A DNA stretch of 64,000 nucleotides from the NCBI RefSeq assembly GCF_006345805.1, contig NC_043005.1, positions 57,660,001-57,724,000 of the forward strand, given 5' to 3'. Numbering within the stretch: the stretch's first letter is position 1; every line of letters begins with the position of its first letter. Made by a program: the position numbers and the translations under genes. This DNA comes from Octopus sinensis. Its lineage: Eukaryota. The notes beneath the pieces were generated by a model that saw only the letters and a program-made list of their open reading frames with translations, made no database searches and was not told the origin of the DNA. Positions 23,755 to 36,503 of this stretch are shown here, one piece after another.

Positions 23755-25262
23755 ACAGCTGGTACTAACGGCAACCACATCCGCTGAAGAAACGCTGAAG
23801 ATGTCGCAGCCTCAGCGCGTGTCTGTGCATCATTAGGCACGGCATGCCTATTCCTCCACTCCGTGGCTGTCGATAGCAGATGGACCGTCTGACGAGCGGA
23901 TCACGTCCCTTCCACAGAAATTGCAAGAGCAAGCGCCCCGGTTTAATCATCCATGAAGCAGGGCAAGAGACGACGGTCAGGCGATAGTAGATGACGGAAG
24001 CGATGTATGCATTCGTCGCCTCTGCCCGACCCTTCAGGGACAGCTTCCTCTCTCCTTATTTCTGGGCGAGACTGGCTAACTTGCTCGTCACCTTCCACCA
24101 TTTCTTGTCCACCTGGAGATCCGGACCAAAGCAGACCCAGAGCAATTTAACCGGTCCTTCCGTCCAGCGCCCTACAACGCTGTTGGTTGGCACGGACCTG
24201 CTTCTACAGGTGCCGAGATGCAGGCCCACCGATTTGTCTTCATTATAATTTGCTTCTGTCACCGCTTCCTACTCCCTCAAGGTAGTACCGATCACCTCGA
24301 TTTCTGAGCTGTCCGACACTATTATGTTGACGTCATCGCATGAGCCGACTCGAACCTTCCGCATCCTAGAACACGCAGGATTCCCCTTGAAATATCCAAC
24401 TTCTTTAGTAATGGCTCAAGAGCCAGCTCAAACAGAAGAGGTGAGAGTAGGCATCCTTGAAGGACTGAATGGGTGATGCCAAACGACTCCGATAGGTGGC
24501 CATTTACTTTGATCAGTGAACAGACATTGCTGTACATTGCAGCGATCCAGCCTCTGAAAACGGGACCGAAACCAGCCACTGCGAGGACAGCATTCAAGTA
24601 TTGATAGTCGACCTTATACAAAGCTTTTGATTATTTCAAGTTGATCAGAGCCCCACCCATGCCAGGCTTCTTCCCTACCCTCTCTATAATGTAGCGCATG
24701 AGGTGGAGGTTGTGGTGGATAGATCTGTTCGGGATAGTGCATGTCTGCGTGTCACCCATCAGCTTATCGACGACAAGCGCCAACCTCTTAACTAACACCT
24801 TGGTCAAAATCATATAATCTGGGTTCGGCAGAATTGTGGACCTAAAACTATCTATATGCCCCCACCCCCCCACTTTTTTCGGGTCTTTTCTCTGCTGCAC
24901 CACCACGCCACGGCTCATAGCAATGGATATTCTTCAGTTCGACTGCCAATTGCGGTAGACAACCGCAATTCTGGCATATAAAGACACAGCTCGAAGGGCA
25001 GACCATCCAACCACGGAGAATTCTCTGTCTTGTGCAGCTCGTCATCGCGTTTCGAATGTCTTCGGCTGTTATCGGCATTTCGTAGCACTCTGCGTCACTG
25101 GCCGAAAGGTGAGACAAACTGCCGAGGTAGAAAGTGAAATCCACCTCCATTCCCGATCCGCCGCTTGCTTTGTACAGTTCTGCGAAGTGCCGCTGAAATT
25201 GCGCATGCATCTGCTTGGATTCGTGTAGCATGCGCCCGTTTCGGCCAGTCAAAGAACGAATT
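23755..25262 (-). pseudogene. Decayed Tx1/L1-clade LINE RT region
   Basis: ILTKVLVKRL, QTCTIPNRSIHHNL, VNGHLSESFGITHSVLQGCLLSPLLF and FLWKG...GGIGMP motifs; multiple frameshifts. Confidence 0.85.
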
Positions 25263-25264
25263 GT

Positions 25265-25423
25265 GACTATGATGACGATGATCATATGATCATCGTCATC
25301 ATCGTCGTCGTCGTCGTCATCGTCGTCGTCCTCCTCCTCCTCCTCCTCATCATCATCATCATCACCACCACAAACAACACCACCATCATCATCATCATTA
25401 TCATCATCATCATCATCACCACC

Positions 25424-25454
<31 letters not shown>

Positions 25455-25509
25455 TCAACACCACCACTACCACAACCATCATCATCATCATCATCATCAT
25501 CACCACCAC

Positions 25510-25562
<53 letters not shown>

Positions 25563-25578
25563 CCACCACCACCACAAC

Positions 25579-25614
<36 letters not shown>

Positions 25615-26040
25615 GGTGACTACCATTGCCACTACAATCAACATCATACTACCACCGCTTCTACAATCATCATTTTGGTCATCATCATCACCACCATTAT
25701 CAACACCATCAGCAACAGCAGCACGTTCACTATTCGCCTTCACCACCAACACTGCCATCATTATCATCACCATCACCGACGACAGCATCACCAAGTACAC
25801 AACCGCATGCACTACCATTATTACAGCCGCCGCCGCCGCCGCCGCCCATCACCATCACTACCGTCATCATCATGGCTAACACCATCACCACCGCCGACGC
25901 TGCCGCCACCTCCAACACCACCACCACTATCGTAACCACGACGTTCATTAACATCACTAATACCACCACCATCGCCACCACCACCACCACCACCACCATC
26001 TCCAACACCACCGCAAGCAACAGCGATAGTAATTAATGCA
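25265..26040. repeat. Compound trinucleotide array (CAT/CGT/CCT/CAC/CAA/GCC)
   Basis: Direct reading; explains the overlapping poly-I/T/H/M ORFs. Confidence 0.95.
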
Positions 26041-26140
26041 ATCATTTTCTCACAGAAGTAATCAAAATTTAACCGATTCAGTAATAACTGTTCCTTTCCT
26101 CCCACGCTAAAATGTCTGGTATGCGTCTATCATATGCATG

Positions 26141-26180
<40 letters not shown>

Positions 26181-26323
26181 CATATAGTCACCACAAAGCA
26201 CACTGACAACAGAACTCACGAGAATCCAACACCGCCACATCGATGTAATAGATGAGCTGTTGGGAGAGGCTAAAAAGCCCAAGGGTCAGATCTCTTGGGA
26301 GAAAACGTGAAAGATACGAAGTG

Positions 26324-26354
<31 letters not shown>

Positions 26355-26359
<5 letters not shown>

Positions 26360-26812
26360 CGTGAGTTGCTCGAAAGGTGGAGTAGATAAACATCCGACAG
26401 CTTATGAAGGGTTCTTTTTTATGTTACTTGACTTGTTTTCCATTTGTTTCTTTCGTTGTTCGCATACCAAATTTTGACTTGGTATTTCATGCTTTCGTGC
26501 TTCGTATTTCATGTAGTTTACGTTTTATGACATCCTGCGTATTGGAAGTCACTTGACCCTGTTATCTCCCCTGCTGTCCCTCTCGCGTCTGACCATTGTC
26601 CGAAGTCAGGACGCCATGATAGATCGTTAGCTACTACACGCATTTTTTCTCTCTCCTTGTTTCTCTCCTTGTTTTTTTCTGTGTATCTTTCTGTCGAAGA
26701 GCGTAGGCTCGAAACGTAAAATACTTTTTCTATTCATGAGCGCTATACTAATACATTTGTTTGTTTGTACTCCACCTGTCTTCGTCTTTTGTTTATTTTC
26801 GTAAATTTTTCC

Positions 26813-26859
<47 letters not shown>

Positions 26860-27322
26860 TTTGTCGTGAGTTGCTCGAAAGGTGGAGTAGATAAACATCC
26901 GACAGCTTATGAAGGGTTCTTTTTTATGTTACTTGACTTGTTTTCCATTTGTTTCTTTCGTTGTTCGCATACCAAATTTTGACTTGGTATTTCATGCTTT
27001 CGTGCTTCGTATTTCATGTAGTTTACGTTTTATGACATCCTGCGTATTGGAAGTCACTTGACCCTGTTATCTCCCCTGCTGTCCCTCTCGCGTCTGACCA
27101 TTGTCCGAAGTCAGGACGCCATGATAGATCGTTAGCTACTACACGCATTTTTTTCTCTCTCCTTGTTTCTCTCCTTGTTTTTTTCTGTGTATCTTTCTGT
27201 CGAAGAGCGTAGGCTCGAAACGTAAAATACTTTTTCTATTCATGAGCGCTATACTAATACATTTGTTTGTTTGTACTCCACCTGTCTTCGTCTTTTGTTT
27301 ATTTTCGTAAATTTTTCCTTCA
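26355..27322 (+). repeat. Two ~462-bp tandem units separated and flanked by (TA)n, each with a hammerhead-like motif
   Basis: Units 26355-26816 and 26860-27322; cttt-CTGTCGA-A-GAGC-gtag-GCTC-GAAA-CG-TA-aaa at 26686-26723 and 27192-27228. Confidence 0.8.
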
Positions 27323-27446
27323 TATATATATATATATATTATATATATATATATATATATAGATATACATATCTGTACGTGTGTGTGTGTGTATGTAAGT
27401 ACATATATGTATGTATATATTCATGTATATATATATATATATATAT

Positions 27447-29513
27447 ATCGTTACCGTCTTGCTTTTTTTACCCCTCTGCGAAAAGATCTCAGAATTTTAA
27501 TTGATTTGCTTTTCGCAGGAAGGAAGTTTTCTTCGAAGTATACGTCTCGCTTTTATCCTTCGAAACGTTTAGTAGATGAAACCTTAGCGACTGAAGAAGG
27601 GGATTTTTCGTTGTGCTTATTGTCCTGTATCTCTTTTTTTGCTTGTCTTGTTCCTTGGTTTGTGTCTATGTTTTTCGTCTCTCTATGTGTTCGACGTCGT
27701 TTTGGTGTCCTGTACACATATATGCGTGTATATGTACATGTAGAGGTAGGTACGTACATATATGTTTATATATATGCATATGTTCTATTTTATTAACATA
27801 TTATACGACTAAACGCACGCACCCTATTAAGTAAGATTGTTCTGTTTATCAAGTTAGCCTTGATATTAACTCTCACGCGACTCTGCATCTTTCTTTCTTT
27901 CTTTCTCTCCCATTCCCTTTTTCGTCTTTTTTCCCTCACTTAACTTGTCTCTTCCTCTCTCTCTCATTCTTCATTCTCTCTCTCCCTTTCACCATTCTTC
28001 ATGGTCTCCTCGCACCATTCCCCTTCTTCTCTCTCTTCCTCTTGCTCCTCCTCCCCCATTCCCGTCGTCCATCTGCGACGATACTTCCGTCGTAACTGCT
28101 ATCCTGTCTTTTCTCGCCCGCCTTCTAAGGCTACTGGTCGACATTTTTTCTCTCTCGTCGTCCACTATAATCCAGCGTTTGCAATACTTTTTTCATCTGG
28201 CGTTAACAGCCCTTCTTATCTTGTTCTCCTTGTCCTGTCTCTCACTGTTATATTTATTTTTCCACTGTTTATATATATATTTTTTACTGTTTATATGTTT
28301 GTACTGTCGTTACCGTCTTGCTTTTTTTACCCCTCTGCGAAAAGATCTCAGAATTTTAATTGATTTGCTTTTCGCAGGAAGGAAGTTTTCTTCGAAGTAT
28401 ACGTCTCGCTTTTATCCTTCGAAACGTTTAGTAGATGAAACCTTAGCGACTGAAGAAGGGGATTTTTCGTTGTGCTTATTGTCCTGTATCTCTTTTTTTG
28501 CTTGTCTTGTTCCTTGGTTTGTGTCTATGTTTTTCGTCTCTCTATGTGTTCGACGTCTTTTTGGTGTCCTGTACACATATATGCGTGTATATGTACATGT
28601 AGAGGTAGGTACGTACATATATGTTTATATATATGCATATGTTTTATTTTATTAACATATTATACGACTAAACGCACGCACCCTATTAAGTAAGATTGTT
28701 CTGTTTATCAAGTTAGCCTTGATATTAACTCTCACGCGACTCTGCATCTTTCTTTCTTTCTCTCCCATTCCCTTTTTCGTCTTTTTTTTTCCTCACTTAA
28801 CTTGTCTCTTCCTCTCTCTCTCATTCTTCATTCTCTCTCTCCCTTTCACCATTCTTCATGGTCTCCTCGCACCATTCCCCTTCTTCTCTCTCTTCCTCTT
28901 GCTCCTCCTCCCCCATTCCCGTCGTCCATCTGCGACGATACTTCCGTCGTAACTGCTATCCTGTCTTTTCTCGCCCGCCTTCTAAGGCTACTGGTCGACA
29001 TTTTTTCTCTCTCGTCGTCCACTATAATCCAGCGTTTGCAATACTTTTTTCGTCTGGCGTTAACAGCCCTTCTTATCTTGTTCTCCTTGTCCTGTCTCTC
29101 ACTGTTATATATTTATTTTTCCACTGTTTATATATATATTTTTTACTGTTTATATGTTTGTACTGTCGTTACCGTCTTGCTTTTTTTACCCCTCTGCGAA
29201 AAGATCTCAAAATTTTAATTGATTTGCTTTTCGCAGGAAGGAAGTTTTCTTCGAAGTATACGTCTCGCTTTTATCCTTCGAAACCTTTTTGTAGATGAAA
29301 CCTTAGCGACTGAAGAAGGGGATTTTTCGTTGTGCTTATTGTCCTGTATCTCTTTTTTTGCTTGTCTTGTTCCTTGGTTTGTGTCTATGTTTTTCGTCTC
29401 TCTATGTGTTCGACGTCTTTTTGGTGTCCTGTACACATATATGCGTGTATATGTACATGTAGAGGTAGGTACGTACATATATGTTTATATATATGCATAT
29501 GTTCTATTTTATT

Positions 29514-29520
<7 letters not shown>
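27447..29520. repeat. ~860-bp tandem repeat, about 2.4 units, in (TA)n
   Basis: tcgttaccgtcttgc recurs at ~27448, ~28307 and ~29166; units are near-identical. Confidence 0.9.
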
Positions 29521-29550
<30 letters not shown>

Positions 29551-30239
29551 CCATAAAATAGAACAAGAACACAACAAACAACAATAAAACACCCGGAGAG
29601 ATAGACGATACTAAGACTGACAGGAAAAACAAAAACAACAAAAAGACGGAAAGGACAAAACAAGGCCTTCTCTCATCAGCAAAGTTTCCAGATTATCCTT
29701 ACAGTTTCGGCCTGTTTCACTTGACTGTTCAAGGGTGGCTGGCCCCAAAAATCTAAGCTTAAAGCATTAAATAATTTGGGAAAAATCAAGCGAATGTGTA
29801 CGACAATAATGACAAAAAGAAAAAATCCGGAGAAAATAAATACACACACACACACACACACGTATGTATGCATGTATGTATGTATGTATGTATGTATGTA
29901 TGTATGTATGTATGTATGTATGTATGTATGTATGTATGTATGCATGTATGTATGTATGTATGTATGTATGTATGTATGTATGTATGTATGTATGTATGTA
30001 TGTATGTATGCATGTATGTATGTATGTATGTATGTATGTTTGTATGTATGTATGTATGTATGTATGTATAAATGTATAAATGTATGTATCCTTGAAGTTC
30101 GTTTAGGGGCAACGCTTTGAATATGCCTATGAAAACTATTCTTTCATGTCGGCTGCAGCCTAATGATACCAACGGGTGATACCAGTTTATTTTGGGTCGC
30201 ACCGAGCTGTGCTGATATAATGCAAGATTCCATCCATGG

Positions 30240-30308
<69 letters not shown>

Positions 30309-30357
30309 TCTATATATTTGCGTGTGTGTATGTGTGTATGAGTGTGTGTGTCTGTTT

Positions 30358-30396
<39 letters not shown>

Positions 30397-30397
<1 letters not shown>

Positions 30398-30950
30398 AAG
30401 ATCCTGGAAGGCCTTGCGCTCAACATTAGAACAGAAAACTATACAAATCACCAGCGTGGACGCCACTGCATAATTCCAAATATCCCACCTTCTCCGTCCA
30501 GTCCCGTCCCGTCCAGAATAAAGATCCAATACTGTACCAGTTCAGAGTCCAAAGAGCCACAACTTATCAATATCTTGCCAAAGGACCTCAGAGGTCGACG
30601 TGGAGGAAATGTGGAAATGTTCAAAGTCAATTTAGATGAAACCAGATTAATTTCAATTTTTGGCACGAGGCCAACAATTTCAAGGGAACAGGTAAATCGA
30701 TTTCACCGACCCCAGTGCGTAACTGGTATTTATTTAATCGATCCCGAAAGGATGAAAGGCAAAGTCGACCTCGGTGGAATTTGAACTCAGAACGTAAAGA
30801 CGGACGAAATACAGTTAAGCATTTTGCCCAGATGAACAGACATTGCGGTAGGAAATGCAAAGAAGGACAGCTCTATCGAATTCCCCACTTCACTAGGCCC
30901 GATTCCGGGGAAGGGCTGGGAAATGAGTGTAAAATAAACAACCATTAAAA
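30397..30950 (+). pseudogene. CR1-like LINE 3' end interrupted by SINE-B (30640-30828, -)
   Basis: KILEGL...RGRHC...PQLINILPKDLR...FKVNLD, then an R...SNS-type terminal segment. Confidence 0.6.
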
Positions 30951-31739
30951 CAAATAGTAGTGACCCAGTGTGGTCTATTTTTGAAGGTCAAATTTATAGG
31001 GTCGACAATTACATGGATACTACTTTTGAGGGGCTGAAATTCAAGCTAAAATCCGAAGTGCCGTATCAACAGCAGAAGCCTAACTGATCCCTAAGCGAAT
31101 AAAAACAAAAACGCAATGAATTACTGTAATATCACCAATTCTATGCATCAAAATATGCGTCCTAATATATAACAAACCTCACAAACAAGATCGCGTGGCT
31201 CTCATATGCAGTTACCAGTAAATGTCAATAATGTGGTGTTGAGTTGTTAATCTGGAGCATGGATTTTCAAAATGTGTTCTGAAAAACCCCTGCGTTCTCT
31301 AAAAGTTAGGGGTTCCACGTTTTAAAAAATAATGCGGCAAAAAAGTTTGGAAACCACTGATCTAGCGATTAACTAAATGTTTTTAGGCTTACCGAAGTCA
31401 TGCCTCTACGAACTCATACAGTGGTGTTTGCTGTAGTTCGCTGACAGCATGTCAGTGAAACCCTTTTCTCACCATGTATACAGACGAGCATATGACGCAT
31501 GTGTTTACTGTATTTGGAGATGAGGAAAATATAAAGGTCGCATGAGAACCACTGATCTAGCGATTAATTGAATGTTTTTAGGCTTATCAAAGTCATGGCT
31601 TTGTACGAATTCATGCAGTGGCGTTTGCAGTGTTCGCCAATAGTGCTCTCCGTGAAACACGTTTCTCACCATGTAAACAACGAATGTATGACGCTTGTGT
31701 TTATTGTGCTTCAAGATGTATGCAGGCTTGCAGCACATC

Positions 31740-32053
31740 CTGTGCATACATTTTAGATATGTAGTGCTCGTTATTAATAAACGGTGTTTTACTATAAGCA
31801 CCGAGCATTCCATTATAAGCACCAATCATTCCATCTATAGAGCAGGCTAAAGTAAGGTAGCCACACAATTTTGTAATAGTGTTATTTCTACGTGCAGGAC
31901 AAGATGGTACCTTGGCCCGCAAATTTTGTCCTGTTGTTCGTGAAATACTAGGGTCGACTTTTATACGGGGGCTATGGAAAATTCCCAATTTTTGAGCCCA
32001 AGACAGGAGGTCGACTTTTACATGAGATCGTCTATAACTCGAGTATATACAGT
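31740..32053. mobile_element. Tc1/mariner (Tc2-like) terminal remnant
   Basis: ggtcgacttttatac repeats and a ...ctcgagtatatacagTA end; no partner TIR established. Confidence 0.35.
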
Positions 32054-32217
32054 ATATATATGTAAAACATCTGGTACCACTTTAAAACTTTCAATTTATA
32101 ATTTATAATTTAAACAGCTGCAGCTCAAGCAAGACTTTTAGGAGTAAACCAAACGGAACATTTATAGTACATACCTATTACATTACGTCATTTGACGAAT
32201 ATCTGTTATACATACAT

Positions 32218-32279
<62 letters not shown>

Positions 32280-32439
32280 ACACACACATCCGGGATTGTA
32301 ATGATTGACAAGTGACTTGATTTGAAATTGTGTCGAAACTGAAAAAGCTACTGCCAGTAATTTTTTTATTCCTTTTCCCTTTTGCAGCAAAACTCAATTG
32401 GAGCCCGTAATGGATTATTCCTCTCATATTTGGGACGGT

Positions 32440-32795
32440 GCTAAGGCGGCGAGCTGGCAGAAACGTTAGCTCGCCGGGCGAAATGCTTAGCGGTATTTCG
32501 TCTGCCGCGACGTTCTGAGTTCAAATTCCGCCGAGGTCTACTTTGCTTTTCATCTTTTCGGGGTCGATAAATTAAGTACCAGTTACGCACTGGGGTCGAT
32601 GTAATCGCCTTGATCCCTTTGTCTGTGCTTGTTTGTCCCCTCTATGTTTAGCCCCTTGTGGGCAATAAAGAAATAATAATCGTTAGCACGCCAGATGAAA
32701 TGCTTAGCGGCATTTCGTCTGTCTTTGCGTTCTGAGTTCAAATTACGCCGAGGTCGAATTTGCCTTTCATCCTTTCGGAGTCGATAAAATGTGTA

Positions 32796-32833
<38 letters not shown>

Positions 32834-32925
32834 TGTATGTCTGTCTGTCTGTTGAGCACTTGAATCAGTCAGTAATCGACTTACTCCCAGCCCCGAAATT
32901 GCAAGCCTTGTGCTAAAATTTGAAA
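32440..32925 (+). mobile_element. SINE-B full copy followed by a second partial copy
   Basis: gctaaggcggcgagctggcagaaacgttagc...aaagaaata, then a restart at cgttagcacgcc. Confidence 0.9.
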
Positions 32926-33285
32926 CCAGTATTTGGGACGGTGCTGCTGCCCAGAACATCGGTTATCTAGAAACATGTACCTGTTTATGTCTTTCCAGCT
33001 GATGTTGACTTGCAATGATTTAAGAGGACCATTAATGGCATCAACTTCACCGGTTCCAGAGAACCTTCGCAACCCATGGACACTTACTGTTTCTTCAGCT
33101 CCGAAAAAATAAACAATATTCATTTCAGAAAGATCTGATTTATTCAGCTCAAATCATGCCATTTTCTTACCTTAGTTAAATTTCTTTTTATAACATTATG
33201 TAAATTATTACGAGGCAAAACTGTTTGTAAAGGTTTACATGTAAGTAATCTATAAGCGCTGATTGAACTGGCTCAAAATAAGTAT

Positions 33286-33327
33286 TCTCTGCTGACGAGG
33301 TATGATAAGACAGAAACATGTGCATAG
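33286..33327 (+). ncRNA. Degenerate type I hammerhead relic
   Basis: ctctg-CTGACGA-ggtatgataagaca-GAAA-CATG-T-G-catag; stem II is damaged and the cleavage-site base is G. Confidence 0.3.
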
Positions 33328-33589
33328 CCGACACCGTGCCTGTAATCAAAGATAAGATTTTTGAGATATATGAAAATCAATAATTTTCTCTTAAATTAAT
33401 TCTAAATTTCCAGAATTATTTCTCCTTTGCTTTCAGAGTTGCTAACGATTGCGGCTATTACTGTTTTATTTCGCCAGCCAAGAACTAAATTTCAGTTCCT
33501 TGAGAAGATTTAGTGTTCGTCACTCAGTACATCGCCAAGAATCATTTTAACCATTTCAGAACACTCTATTGCTGTTATGTTCGATTACT

Positions 33590-33789
33590 TAAACTTTTCT
33601 TTACTTGAATCAGTCATTAGACTGCAGCCATAATGGGGCACCGCCTTGAAGAATTATAAGTCATATGACACAACCCCCAGGACTTATTTTTGTCTTAAAG
33701 CCTGGTAATTATTCTATCGGTCTCCTTTGCCGAACTGCTAAGTTACGGTGATGTAAACACACCAACACAGGTTGTGAAGCGGCGTGGTT

Positions 33790-33800
<11 letters not shown>
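33590..33800 (-). mobile_element. SINE-A 3' half
   Basis: ttattctatcggtctcctttgccgaactgctaagttacgg motif. Confidence 0.7.
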
Positions 33801-33827
<27 letters not shown>

Positions 33828-34154
33828 CAGTAAGATTGCTTTAAGATACATAGCATTAAATATATATATATATATATGTCTGTAAATGCAATATGTGACA
33901 ATTATTCGGTAGCCATGATAAAACTCCGAGTTTCGGATGCCGAGGTGGAAATCTACGCCGCCATTTCTTCAGTTATCCGGCCATCGGAAAAAAACGCCCA
34001 ACGCAAAGACAGACGAAATACCGCTTAGCTTTTTGTCCGGCGTGCTAACGATTGTGCCGGCTCGCTGCCTTAGTAAATAAATTCCTCTATTTACATAATA
34101 TCGAGGTCTCTTTCATTCTTTTCTTGTCTTACCATTTTTATCAATACACATACA

Positions 34155-34185
<31 letters not shown>

Positions 34186-35280
34186 GCGCGCACAGACGCG
34201 TACATGCAAATAGACGCGCACCAGGCATATTCTGTGTCGTTTTTGTCAAGTTTACGCACTTAGAAGTTTGGGCTTTATTTTACTTACTCGTATATTTTAT
34301 GCTGTTAATGACAAGGAAATGGTTGATATCAGCAGTAACGTATCTCTCACCAGCACCAGCACCACCACCACCACCACTACTACTACTACGACTACAATCA
34401 CCACCAAGAAACAAGAGACAAAGAAAGGACAGAAAAACAAAAAAAAAAAAAACAAATACGAAAATAAAACAGAAGAATTTAAAAAAGAACAACTTATGCA
34501 TATACAGCGGATATCTTGGACGAACGGCGGCGGAGCTGAGAGATATATTATTTCTCAAACTGAAATAGATATTTTCAATATGCAAAGTGGACAAATTTTA
34601 TGGCACATATGAAGAAGTGTACAAACAATGAATTGAACATATACACACGCCTAACTTTGTGTGCATATATATATAACAAAATTCCGTGCTGCATGTTTAC
34701 ATAAAAATATATACATGTATAAAATTACATATATATGCATGTATAAAAGTGTGTTAGCACGTGTGTGTAAAGCCTAATTTTGTTAGTCTGCTTTACTATC
34801 TCCATATCAGCTCCCGCTGGAGTTCTCTTATAACAGCTCTTGACGCCTTGAGCCTTGTCTTGGATGAAGAATTCGAAATTGAAGTCCAAATTCATTTGAG
34901 CACTACTACGTGTTTTTCATACTGAGCATATCTGTGTGCATATATGCATACATACATACATACATACATACATACATACTTACATACATACATATATACA
35001 TATATATATACATCAATAATATGTACATATATATAGTTATATATATATTTATATTCATATATAGATACAAATATATAAATATATATATATATATATATGT
35101 ATATATGCATACATACACATATACATGTGAGTGTATCTATATATATGAATGCATGGATACATTATCATACAGGCACACATGCGCTCATGTATGCATGCTT
35201 GCACATGTATATAAATACGCACATTCACACACATAGATTCAATAATATATGCATACGCATATATATATATATTATATATA

Positions 35281-35393
<113 letters not shown>

Positions 35394-36503
35394 ATATATA
35401 TATACACATCAACGCTTCCATACATTCATGCGTACATACACAGATACTTGCATACGTACCTAAATTACGTGTATGCTTACTCGCGCATATATATACTCAA
35501 AATCATCTCGTTGTGTTTACGTTTTCAAGCTTATGTTGTTTTTTCATTCAAGAGCGAAAGATTGCTACAGAATGCCTGTTGAACAAACGATATTGTGAAG
35601 CCCGTTAACCGACAAGATAACAACGAAGAAGCTGGTTATCTCAGAATACAATATATTATATAATGTAATACAATAAAATGTATTTGCATTGTGTGTACGT
35701 GCGTGTGTGTGTGTATCTATGCATGCATGTATGTGTATATGTGTGTGATATATGTATGCATGTATGTATGTATATGTAAAATGTGGAGCACGTGACTTGG
35801 TTGTTTAGGTGTTAAACTCATGAACGTAAGATTTTGGTTTCGATTCCTGGAGTGGGTTATGCCTTCTGTTCTTGAGAGCAAAACACTTAATTTCACGTTG
35901 CTCTAGTTAACTATAACTGGCCAAAATGAGTTGTTCTGCGATTGATCGGCGTCCTTCCTAGGGAGGAAAATATATATGTCACAGAATCCGAGATGGCCGG
36001 ATTAATGAGCCTATGGCTCTGGAAGGAACTTTCATCTTGTTTTGATATATAGAAAATACAGAAACTAAATAAGTGGCATCTTATGCGTTATAAAACGTAC
36101 GATAATTTCGGGAAATAACAACTATGATTACATAATTGTGGGTTGAAACATTACATAATCTTGTTAATCCATATTGATATTAGCAAAATATTGATCGAAT
36201 AGTGTTAAATGGGCAATATAACCTAGTGGTTAAGCGTGTTGCACACACGATTGTGAGATCGGGGTAATGATTCCCAGACCGGCTGCATGTTGTGTTCTTG
36301 AGTAAAACTCGTTTCACGGTGCTCCTGTACGCTCAGCTTTGAATGAGTAACCCTGCGACTGACTAGCCTTTCGACCAGGGGAAATATTTTTGGTCTGCTT
36401 GCTTAACCAGCGGGGTGGCATCATTTGGAAGCGAAAAATGATGAAAGTGCATTGTGACCAGCGTTATATAACAACATCTAATAATCTGGTCGATTACATG
36501 GTA

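Noticed and set aside
29640-29745. Hammerhead on the minus strand (aggccGAAActgta ... CTGATGAgagaaggcct)
   Set aside because: Both half-cores are present, but stems I and III do not pair acceptably and five extra bases separate the core from stem II; at best a PLE-like relic.
31340-31720. ~195-bp diverged direct repeat beginning at a hAT-like end (gaaccactg)
   Set aside because: Old and degenerate, with no definable element boundaries or TSDs; not interpretable further.
33420-33560. Splice-acceptor-like ttctcctttgctttcag followed by unique sequence
   Set aside because: No donor site or open frame can be supported without RNA data.
34268-34612. Possible host exon (Thr-rich/Lys-rich ORF)
   Set aside because: Low complexity from ACC/ACT triplets and an A-run; no recognisable domain or convincing splice pair.
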